Origin: an uncultured Actinomycetota bacterium
GTDB taxonomy: Bacteria > Actinomycetota > Actinomycetes > Mycobacteriales > Jatrophihabitantaceae
DNA: 64,000 nucleotides
Direction: 5' to 3'
Assembly: GCA_963796905.1 (NCBI GenBank)
Contig: CAWCNK010000008.1
Location: 225,298 to 289,297, forward strand
Shown here: positions 1 through 7,714 of the stretch, in pieces
Layout of the letters: every line of letters starts with the position of its first letter
Numbering within the stretch: the first letter of the stretch is position 1
The notes under the pieces: generated by a model
What the model saw: the letters and a program-made list of their open reading frames with translations, nothing else
Databases searched by the model: none
What the model was told of the DNA's origin: nothing
Made by a program: the position numbers and the translations under genes

Positions 1-638
1 AGCTGCCGGCTGCTGGCGTCGCACACCCAGAGCGCGCCGCCGGCCGCGGCGATGCCCACCGGACTCGGGCTGACCTTGATGGTGCGGGTCCGGTTCGTCC
101 TGGCGTCGATCCGGGTCACCGTGCCGTCGCCGTTGTCGGTCACCCAGGCGGCCCCGGCGGCGAAGGTCACGTCGTAGGGCGAGCTGCCGACCGCGATCGT
201 GCGGGTCCGGTTGCTGGCCACGTCGATCCGGGTCACCGCCGAGCCGGTGTAGTCCTCCACCCAGATCGAGCCGGCGCCGAAGGCCATCCCGCACGGACCG
301 GCCGCGGTGCGGATGGTGGCCAGCACCCTGCCGGTGGCCGGATCGAGCCGCTTGACGGTGAAGTCGTTGATGTCGGCGACCCAGACCGAGCCGGCCGCGC
401 CCAGCGTGGCGCAGGGCCTGCTGCCGGTGTGGATCCGCCTGACCAGGTAGCGCGGATCGGCCGAACTCGTCGGGCTCGGTGCCGGCGAGGCGGCGGAACT
501 GCCCGACACCGGCCGCCCGGCCGCCGTCGGACCGGTGCTCGAGCCGCTCGTAGAGCTGCCGGACGAGCTGCAGCCGGCCGTCAGCAGCAGCGCCGCGGTG
601 CTGGCAACCAGTGCCTGGTGACGTCCCGAGGTCCTCAT
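1..638 (-). CDS. Lipoprotein with YVTN/NHL-like beta-propeller repeats (N-terminal part only; C-terminus lies beyond the left edge)
   Basis: Own translation of the minus strand from ATG at 636-638: MRTSGRHQALVASTAALLLTAGCSSSGS (lipobox LLTAGC). A Ser/Thr/Pro linker follows, then repeats of the type GxxPxGxAxGAGxxWVxDxxxGxVTRIDxxxNRTxTI. Absent from the ORF track because no stop lies in the window. GC3 is high. Confidence 0.7.
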   Translation of the reverse strand, partial: MRTSGRHQALVASTAALLLTAGCSSSGSSTSGSSTGPTAAGRPVSGSSAASPAPSPTSSADPRYLVRRIHTGSRPCATLGAAGSVWVADINDFTVKRLDPATGRVLATIRTAAGPCGMAFGAGSIWVEDYTGSAVTRIDVASNRTRTIAVGSSPYDVTFAAGAAWVTDNGDGTVTRIDARTNRTRTIKVSPSPVGIAAAGGALWVCDASSRQ

Positions 639-735
639 GCCGCCTCACCGTAGGGACGGCCGGTCACGGAGGTACTACGATTTCGTATTAGTTACTCTAC
701 CGTGACCTAGGTGGCCGCTCGGCTAGAGTCGCGGC

Positions 736-1209
736 ATGGCAGGACTGGAGTTCCGCGGCCCGTTCCTGCTGGTGTTCGCCCTGGGCCAGCAACTGGGCAC
801 CCTGCTGCAGCAGGCGATGGTCGACGCCCCGCTGCCGCCGAACGAATTCGCCGTCTACAGCGCGTTGCGGCTGATGCAGCCGACCACGCCCACCCAGCTG
901 GCCGGCACTCTCGGCATGCGGCCGACCACGCTGTCCAGCATGCTCGTCCGGATGTCGCGCAGCGGCCACCTGCACCGGCGCCGCAACCCGGCCGACGGGC
1001 GCTCGGTGATCCTGATGCTCAGCCCCAGCGGCGTACGGGTCACCGAAGCCTGCTTCGCCGCCTTCGGCCTGGCCATCGAGGCGTTCCAGCGGCAGTTGAG
1101 CATCGACGAGTCGGTGCTGCTCGCCGACCTGGAGGCGATGAGTGCCGCGCTGGCCGGCGCCAGCGCGGAGCTGGCCGAGCTGGATCAGGTTGCCGAGGCC
1201 GGCGGCTGA
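736..1209 (+). CDS. MarR family transcriptional regulator
   Basis: 157 aa. Winged-helix core EFAVYSALRLMQPTTPTQLAGTLGMRPTTLSSMLVRMSRSGHLHRRRNPADGRSVILMLSPSG is typical of MarR. An AT-rich stretch lies upstream (665-710). Confidence 0.85.
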   Translation: MAGLEFRGPFLLVFALGQQLGTLLQQAMVDAPLPPNEFAVYSALRLMQPTTPTQLAGTLGMRPTTLSSMLVRMSRSGHLHRRRNPADGRSVILMLSPSGVRVTEACFAAFGLAIEAFQRQLSIDESVLLADLEAMSAALAGASAELAELDQVAEAGG

Positions 1210-1348
1210 TCGGGCGGAGCCCGACCGGTTTTCCGGGTAACTGGTCGCTGTGCCCGGTAGGTCGCTAGCGTAGGGGGACGGGCCGAGCAGCGTGCCCCGC
1301 TCCGGCGCCAGATCGTCCGGCGCTGACTACCTGATGAGGAGTTGCAGG

Positions 1349-1639
1349 ATGACGGAAACCGAAGGAACCGCCGACGGCGGTGCGGAGGGCACTCCGGGCG
1401 TGCATGACGGTGGCGCCGATGGTGGCGCGGACGGCGGCGCGCACGAGGGTCCGGCCGACGGCGGTGCGCACGGCACCCCCGGTGCACATGACGGTGGCGC
1501 CGATGGTGGCGCGGACGGCGGTGCCGGTGACGGTGGCGCCGATGGTGGCGCGGACGGCGGCGCGCACGAGGGCCCGGCCGACGGCGGTGCCGACGGTGTT
1601 GCCGGCCAGCACGACGGCGGCGCGGACGGCGGCGCCTGA
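1349..1639 (+). CDS. Small (96 aa) Asp/Gly/Ala/His-rich tandem-repeat protein (DGGA repeats); hypothetical, possible peptide substrate
   Basis: ATG at 1349 lies 7 nt after GAGGAG (1336-1341). The product is MTETEGTADGGAEGTPGVHDGGADGGADGGAHEGPADGGAHGTPGAHDGGADGGADGGAGDGGADGGADGGAHEGPADGGADGVAGQHDGGADGGA. Third codon positions are mostly G/C. A stable hairpin follows the stop. Caveat: all frames stay open across this repeat, so coding status is unproven. Confidence 0.4.
   Translation: MTETEGTADGGAEGTPGVHDGGADGGADGGAHEGPADGGAHGTPGAHDGGADGGADGGAGDGGADGGADGGAHEGPADGGADGVAGQHDGGADGGA
1403..1632 (+). repeat. Imperfect tandem DNA repeats encoding the (H/A)DGGADGGADGG units
   Basis: The block gacggtggcgccgatggtggcgcggacggcggcgcgcacgaggg(t/c)ccggccgacggcggtgc occurs twice (about 1406 and about 1528). 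The shorter catgacggtggcgccgatggtggcgcggacggcgg also recurs (about 1403 and about 1487). Confidence 0.8.
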
Positions 1640-1653
1640 GCACTGAGCAGTCG

Positions 1654-1686
1654 CGGGGCGGCGTCGACCTGGTCGGCGCCGCCCCG
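1654..1686 (+). terminator. GC-rich hairpin between the micro-ORF and the cupin gene (attenuator or partial terminator candidate)
   Basis: Perfect 10-bp stem cggggcggcg (1654-1663) / cgccgccccg (1677-1686) with a 13-nt loop, 15 nt after the stop at 1637-1639. No clear U-tract follows (tctcccgacg), so it may only attenuate. Confidence 0.4.
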
Positions 1687-1746
1687 TCTCCCGACGCCGC
1701 CGGTCGGGGTACCGACGAGCCGGCCGCGCTGGCACGCTGCATCGCC

Positions 1747-2925
1747 ATGCCGGTCGAGCGGTTCGCCGCCGAGTACTGGTCGCGGCAGCCGTTGCTCACC
1801 CCGGCCGCCGAGAGCGGTGCGGACTACACCGACCTGCTCGACGCCGCGGCGGTCGACGAGCTACTGTCCCGACGCGGCCTGCGCACCCCGTTCATCCGGA
1901 TGGCCAAGCAGGGCAAGGTGATTCCGTCCGGGCAGTTCACCCGGTCGGGCGGTGTCGGTGCCGGGGTGGCCGACCAGGTGGCCGACGACAAGGTGCTCGG
2001 GCTGATGGCCGACGGGGCCACCCTGGTGCTGCAGGGCCTGCACCGCACCTGGCCGCCGCTGGTGCGCTTCGGCAGCAGGCTGAGCACCGAGCTGGGGCAT
2101 CCGGTCCAGATCAACAGCTACCTGACCCCGCCACAGAACCAGGGGTTCGCGCCGCACTACGACACCCACGACGTGTTCGTGCTGCAGGTCGCCGGCCGCA
2201 AGCGCTGGCTGGTGCACTCACCGGTGCTCACCGACCCGCTGCCCGGCCAGGACTGGGAACGGCACCGGGCGGCGGTGACGGCCCGGGCGGCCGAACCGCC
2301 GCTGCTCGACGAATTGCTGCACCCCGGCGACGCGCTGTACCTGCCGCGCGGCTACCTGCACTCGGCGGTGGCGCAGGGTGATACCTCGATTCACCTGACC
2401 GTCGGGGTGCACCCGGTGACCCGGTACGCCCTGCTCAAGCACCTGCTGGCCGAGGCGGCCGACGAGCCGTCCCTGCGCGCGTCGCTGCCGCTGGGTGGTG
2501 ACCTGGCCGGCGAGGCCGGACTGGCCGGCCAGTTGCACGAGACCGTGCGGGCCTTCGCCGCCTTCGCCGAGTCCGACCGGCTGGCGCAGGTGGCCGCCCG
2601 GGTGGCAGGCGAGCTGGCCGGTGGCACCCGGCCGGAACCGATCGAGCCGCTGGCCCAGCTGGCCGCGCTGGCGGTCCTGACACCGACGGCGCGGTTCCGG
2701 TTGCGGCCGGGCCTGCGGGCCCGAGTGGAACGCCGGCCGGATGCCGTCGCGGTCACCGCCGTCGATACCAGCATCAGCCTGCCGCCGGCGGCCGGGGCCG
2801 CGCTCGGGCTGGTGCTGTCCGGTGAGCCGGTTTGTGCCGCGACGTTGCCCGGCCTGGACGCCGAGGCCGCGCTCGACGTGGTCCGCCGGCTGCTCACCGC
2901 CGCCGTCCTGGTGCCCGATGCTTGA
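1747..2925 (+). CDS. Cupin-4 / JmjC-domain Fe(II)/2-oxoglutarate oxygenase-like protein (RoxA/YcfD-like)
   Basis: 392 aa. The double-stranded beta-helix core with the facial-triad context reads QINSYLTPPQNQGFAPHYDTHDVFVLQVAGRKRW...LYLPRGYLHSAV. Overall layout resembles bacterial ribosomal-oxygenase-type cupins. Confidence 0.8.
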   Translation: MPVERFAAEYWSRQPLLTPAAESGADYTDLLDAAAVDELLSRRGLRTPFIRMAKQGKVIPSGQFTRSGGVGAGVADQVADDKVLGLMADGATLVLQGLHRTWPPLVRFGSRLSTELGHPVQINSYLTPPQNQGFAPHYDTHDVFVLQVAGRKRWLVHSPVLTDPLPGQDWERHRAAVTARAAEPPLLDELLHPGDALYLPRGYLHSAVAQGDTSIHLTVGVHPVTRYALLKHLLAEAADEPSLRASLPLGGDLAGEAGLAGQLHETVRAFAAFAESDRLAQVAARVAGELAGGTRPEPIEPLAQLAALAVLTPTARFRLRPGLRARVERRPDAVAVTAVDTSISLPPAAGAALGLVLSGEPVCAATLPGLDAEAALDVVRRLLTAAVLVPDA

Positions 2926-3814
2926 CCCGGAGCACCGGTGCGGCCTGGCCGCCGCCGCCCGGGGTGAGGAGATGCTGGGCACCGCCTTTCCGGCCGACCG
3001 CATCCTGCTGGTCGAGCAGCCCGGCGGCTGGGGCGTGACGGGCCTGGCCGGCTCGCCGTTCGGCTCCCAGGTCGCGCAGCGGCTGATCGCCACCTTCGGC
3101 AGGCACGGCGTCCGGGTGCTGGCCATCCGGCGGCCCGGCCGGCACCCGGCGGCGGACCGGCACCCGGAGCACAGCTGGGGGTTCGCCGACTGCCGGCCCG
3201 GCAGCCAGGGCGTCGTCTGGGGCAGCTACCGGGCGGCCGAGCAGCTGCTGGAGCTGGACCCGGTCGCGCTGACCGAGCAGGCCGGGCGGGCCGGCGACAG
3301 CCCGCCGGTCTACGCGGTGTGCACGCACGGCACCCGGGACATGTGCTGCGCGATCGAGGGACGCCCGGTGGCCACCGCGCTGGCGCGGCAGTGCCCCGGC
3401 CGGGTCTGGGAATGCAGCCACGTCGGGGGCGATCGGTTCGCCGCCAACGTGCTGGTGCTGCCCACCGGGCAGCTGTACGGCCGGGTCAAGGACCCGCAGG
3501 CGTTGGCCGCGGCCAGCGACGCGGGACAGGTACTGCCCGACCTGCTGCGCGGTCAGGTCGGATTGCCGCCGGCCGCCCAGGCCGCCGTGGTGCACGCCCA
3601 GCGCGAGCTGGCGACGGCGACGGTGGGCGCGGTGCGGGTGATCGAGGTGCAGGGCGCGCCGCCGGAGGTGCAACTGGTCCGGCTGGCGGTGCCCGGCGGT
3701 TCCTGCACGGTCGCCGTGCAGCGGGTGACCGGGGCGCCGGCGATCCTCACCTGCCGAGACGCCCACACCAAGGTGCCGCTGAGCTACCGACCGCTGTGGC
3801 TGCGCCCCGACTGA
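2918..3814 (+). CDS. Sucrase/ferredoxin-like (thioredoxin-fold [2Fe-2S]) family protein
   Basis: ATG at 2918 overlaps the cupin stop (ATGCTTGA, 8-nt overlap). Motifs VCTHGTRDMCCAIEGRP and CSHVGGDRFAANVLV match the Cys/His cluster-ligand pattern of Suc_Fer-like / Apd1-Aim32 proteins. The longer track ORF from 2741 has a junk N-terminus. Confidence 0.75.
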   Translation: MLDPEHRCGLAAAARGEEMLGTAFPADRILLVEQPGGWGVTGLAGSPFGSQVAQRLIATFGRHGVRVLAIRRPGRHPAADRHPEHSWGFADCRPGSQGVVWGSYRAAEQLLELDPVALTEQAGRAGDSPPVYAVCTHGTRDMCCAIEGRPVATALARQCPGRVWECSHVGGDRFAANVLVLPTGQLYGRVKDPQALAAASDAGQVLPDLLRGQVGLPPAAQAAVVHAQRELATATVGAVRVIEVQGAPPEVQLVRLAVPGGSCTVAVQRVTGAPAILTCRDAHTKVPLSYRPLWLRPD

Positions 3815-3848
3815 TCCGCGCTCCGCGGACTGATCCGCGCTCCGCGGA
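3811..3848 (+). repeat. Perfect 19-nt direct repeat x2, each copy an internal palindrome
   Basis: ctgatccgcgctccgcgga appears at 3811-3829 and 3830-3848. Each copy holds tccgcg..cgcgga inverted arms. The first copy contains the stop codon of the preceding gene. Confidence 0.85.
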
Positions 3849-3865
3849 CTCAGGATCTCGGGTCC

Positions 3866-3913
3866 GTGTGTGATACCCAGCGGTCGCTGGGACCACGTCT
3901 GGATATCACACAC
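3866..3913. repeat. Nested inverted repeat (AT-richer long-range stem enclosing a GC hairpin)
   Basis: Outer arms gtgtgtgata (3866-3875) / tatcacacac (3904-3913) are a perfect 10 bp. Inner arms cccagcg (3876-3882) / cgctggg (3885-3891) are a perfect 7 bp. Confidence 0.8.
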
Positions 3914-3942
3914 ACGCCGGGGGCACGGGCGCCCGATACAGC

Positions 3943-3977
3943 GGAAGGGACGCCGGCGGTGTGCCGGCGTCCCTTCC
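3943..3977. terminator. Strong hairpin, likely bidirectional terminator between convergent genes
   Basis: Perfect 15-bp stem ggaagggacgccggc (3943-3957) / gccggcgtcccttcc (3963-3977) with a 5-nt loop. It lies 21 nt downstream of the minus-strand ABC ATPase stop (3999). Confidence 0.7.
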
Positions 3978-3998
3978 CCCTCGATCAGCGCTGAGCGG

Positions 3999-5117
<1,119 letters not shown>

Positions 5118-5396
5118 GCCAAACATCCTCTCGGTGAATGTTGGCCGCACCGGGTACGGGCGTGCGCGGGAGCGCAGCCTCACGGTATTCCGGTCGGTGC
5201 CGGGTTCCGCCTCCACCGATACGAAGACGGCGACCCCGGCCGGCATAGCGGCCTGGACTTTCTCATTCAGCCAGTTGCACCGCCGGGCGTCAAGCAAGGC
5301 GCCGTGCGGCGGGCGGAAAACCTCGGCAAGCACGGCCGGTCCGGTCCGCGCGGAGCGGCAGTCACCGCCACATGATTTATCAATGTTTGTTCTGAG

Positions 5397-5426
5397 TTGA
5401 CACCCAATAGCGGTATGTCCATATTG
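5397..5426 (+). promoter_or_regulatory. Near-consensus sigma-70-type promoter for the muramidase gene
   Basis: TTGACA (5397-5402), a 17-nt spacer, then cATATT (5420-5425), in a locally AT-rich patch about 60 nt upstream of the start codon. Confidence 0.45.
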
Positions 5427-5486
5427 ACTGCGGCGGTTCCACCCCCGGCCGCCGTCCCTCGACTGCTTCCCCCGAAGGAGTTCAGC

Positions 5487-6239
5487 ATGCTCGAAACCCC
5501 CAGCCGCCTGCGCCGTGTCCTCGGCGCCGCGATCGCCGCGGTGACCGTCGGCGCCGGCATGGTCGCCGCCCTCACCCTCGGCGCCGGCCAGGCAAGTGCT
5601 GCCACCTACGTCGCCGGCATGGACGTCTCCAGCTACCAGGGCAACGTCGCCTGGTCGACGGCCTACGCCAACGGCGCCCGGTTCGCCTACGTCAAGGCGA
5701 CCGAGGGCAGCAGCTACACCAACTCCTACTTCGCCCAGCAGTACAACGGTTCCTACAACGCGGGCATGATCCGCGGCGCGTACCACTTCGCGCGGCCGAA
5801 CGTCTCCGGCGGTGCCTCCCAGGCCGACTTCTTCGCCGCGCACGGTGGCGGCTGGTCCGGCGACGGCCGCACCCTGCCGCCGGCCCTGGACATCGAGTAC
5901 AACCCCTACTCCGGCGGCACCTGTTACGGGCTGTCCCAGTCGTCCATGGTGAGCTGGATCCGGGCGTTCTCCAACGAGATCAAGGCCAAGTACAACAAGT
6001 ACCCGATGATCTACACGACGCTGGACTGGTGGACGACCTGCACCGGCAACTCCAGCGCCTTCGCCGCCACCAACCCGTTCTGGATCGCCAAGTACAGCTC
6101 CACCGCGCCGACCCCGCCGGCCGGCACCCCGACCTGGACGATGTGGCAGTACGCCGACTCGGGCACCTTCCCCGGTGACCAGGACCGGTTCAACGGCACC
6201 TACAGCCAGCTGCAGGTACTGGCCACCAACCACGACTGA
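5487..6239 (+). CDS. Secreted GH25 muramidase (Chalaropsis/cellosyl-type lysozyme)
   Basis: ATG at 5487 follows AAGGAG. Signal peptide: MLETPSRLRRVLGAAIAAVTVGAGMVAALTLGAGQASA. The GH25 core reads GMDVSSYQGNVAWSTAYANGARFAYVKATEGSSYTN...GAYHFARP...LDIEYNPY. Confidence 0.9.
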   Translation: MLETPSRLRRVLGAAIAAVTVGAGMVAALTLGAGQASAATYVAGMDVSSYQGNVAWSTAYANGARFAYVKATEGSSYTNSYFAQQYNGSYNAGMIRGAYHFARPNVSGGASQADFFAAHGGGWSGDGRTLPPALDIEYNPYSGGTCYGLSQSSMVSWIRAFSNEIKAKYNKYPMIYTTLDWWTTCTGNSSAFAATNPFWIAKYSSTAPTPPAGTPTWTMWQYADSGTFPGDQDRFNGTYSQLQVLATNHD

Positions 6240-6302
6240 TCCCGTCGTAACGACAGCGGCCGTCCCCGTGCCCGGGGGCGGTCGCTGTCGCATGCCGGGG
6301 TT

Positions 6303-6842
6303 TCAGGCGGTGGGCACCCAGAACCGCAGCATGCCGTGGCGTTCGTCCTCGAGCATGCCGCCGTTGGCCTCGATCACCTTGCGGGAGCCGACATTGTCGG
6401 CGTCGCAGGTGAGCAACGCCTTGTCGATGCCCAGCCCCGCCGCGACCGGGAGCGCGGCCCGCAGCAGCGCGGTGCCGTGGCCCTGCCGGCGGGCCTTCGG
6501 GGCGATGTCGTAGCCGATGTGCCCGCCGTGCTCCAGCAGGCCGGGCGTCAGCCGGTGCCGGATCCGGATGGCGCCCAGGAACTCGGCGCCATCGACCCAC
6601 CAGTAGGTGCTGGAGTGCACCCAGCCGGGTGGCGGTGGCACCGAGGGGTCGCCCTGGGCGTCCAGTTCGGCCAGGAACTCCGCGAGGCCGTCGTCGGTGT
6701 GCCAGCGCGGGCCGAAGGCGCGCAGTTGCTGGCCGAGCGCGGAGTCGTCGTCCGGGGCGCCCCGGCCCTCGGCGGCGAAGTCGGCCATCGCCGATCGGAA
6801 GGAGGCCGCCAACGCGGCGCTGGGTCGGGCAAGCTCGGGCAT
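6303..6842 (-). CDS. GNAT family N-acetyltransferase
   Basis: 179 aa. The acetyl-CoA binding segment is RRQGHGTALLRAAL, and the C-terminal fold pattern is SRKVIEANGG. Confidence 0.8.
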   Translation of the reverse strand: MPELARPSAALAASFRSAMADFAAEGRGAPDDDSALGQQLRAFGPRWHTDDGLAEFLAELDAQGDPSVPPPPGWVHSSTYWWVDGAEFLGAIRIRHRLTPGLLEHGGHIGYDIAPKARRQGHGTALLRAALPVAAGLGIDKALLTCDADNVGSRKVIEANGGMLEDERHGMLRFWVPTA

Positions 6843-6870
6843 CGGGCCATGGTGGCCGCCCGGCCGGTTG

Positions 6871-7569
6871 TCAGGCCAGCGAATTTCCGTTCTCGGCGGC
6901 CCGCAATGTCTCCACCTCGGCGGTGATGGCGGCCATGATCTCGTCGGTCACCTGCCGCAGCAGGTCGGTGGTGATCTCGGCGTCGTGGTACTTGCTCAGG
7001 TCCAGTGGCTCACCGAGGCTGGCCTCGTGCCGGTGCCGCGGCAACGGCCGGAACCGGCCGCCCCGGCCCAGCGTCCGGTGTGCCCCCCACTGGCCGACCG
7101 GGATGACCGGGACATCCGGGCAGGCCAGCGCCAGCCGGGCCACCCCGGTCTTGGCCTGCATCGGCCAGTAGTCCGGGTCGGACGTGATGGTGCCCTCCGG
7201 ATAGATGATCACGCACTCGCCGTCGCGCAGCGCCTGCTCGGCAGCCCGCAGCGAGTCGGCCGCCTGGCTGGAGGACCGGTACACCGGGATCTGGCCGGCA
7301 CCGGTCATCACCCGTCCGATGCCCGGCCAGCCGAACACGCCGGATTTGATCAGGAACCGCGGGATCCGGCCGGACTGCCAGATCAGCCGGGCCATCGTGG
7401 TGGTGTCGGCCTGCGAGATGTGGTTGACGGCGACCAGCACCCCGCCGCGGGCCGGCATCCGGTCCAGGTGGTGCCAGCGGATCTTGAAGAACGCCGAGAC
7501 CATCGGGTAGATGATCACCACGCACAGCCGGATCCAGAAACCGGCCTTGGGCCGGTGCGCTCGGGTCAT
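6871..7569 (-). CDS. Lysophospholipid (1-acyl-sn-glycerol-3-phosphate) acyltransferase family protein
   Basis: 232 aa. HX4D motif VNHISQADT and the IYPEGT motif are present, with an N-terminal membrane segment. Confidence 0.85.
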   Translation of the reverse strand: MTRAHRPKAGFWIRLCVVIIYPMVSAFFKIRWHHLDRMPARGGVLVAVNHISQADTTTMARLIWQSGRIPRFLIKSGVFGWPGIGRVMTGAGQIPVYRSSSQAADSLRAAEQALRDGECVIIYPEGTITSDPDYWPMQAKTGVARLALACPDVPVIPVGQWGAHRTLGRGGRFRPLPRHRHEASLGEPLDLSKYHDAEITTDLLRQVTDEIMAAITAEVETLRAAENGNSLA

Positions 7570-7714
7570 CGGCTGCTCCTCGGTGGCCGCTGCTGGGATG
7601 CCGCGGCGTCGCGTTCATTCCTACCCCGGCGGCCTGGGCCGGCTTTACGCGGGTGCTGTCCCGTGAGGCGCAGGTCGGGCCCACTCTCGTGCTGTCAGCG
7701 ACCGGGCGCGAGGG

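Noticed and set aside
1185-1799. Minus-strand ORFs across the DGGA repeat region (204 aa and 156 aa).
   Set aside because: They are Arg/His/Pro-rich or Val/Thr/Ala repeat translations with no RBS or plausible start context. They exist only because the repeat is open in all frames. The plus-strand frame has the RBS and the downstream hairpin.
5118-5486. Possible ydaO/cyclic-di-AMP riboswitch upstream of the cell-wall hydrolase, as seen upstream of some actinobacterial hydrolases.
   Set aside because: I could not find the conserved ydaO core elements. The leader downstream of the putative promoter is only ~55 nt and unstructured. A covariance-model scan would be needed to revisit this.
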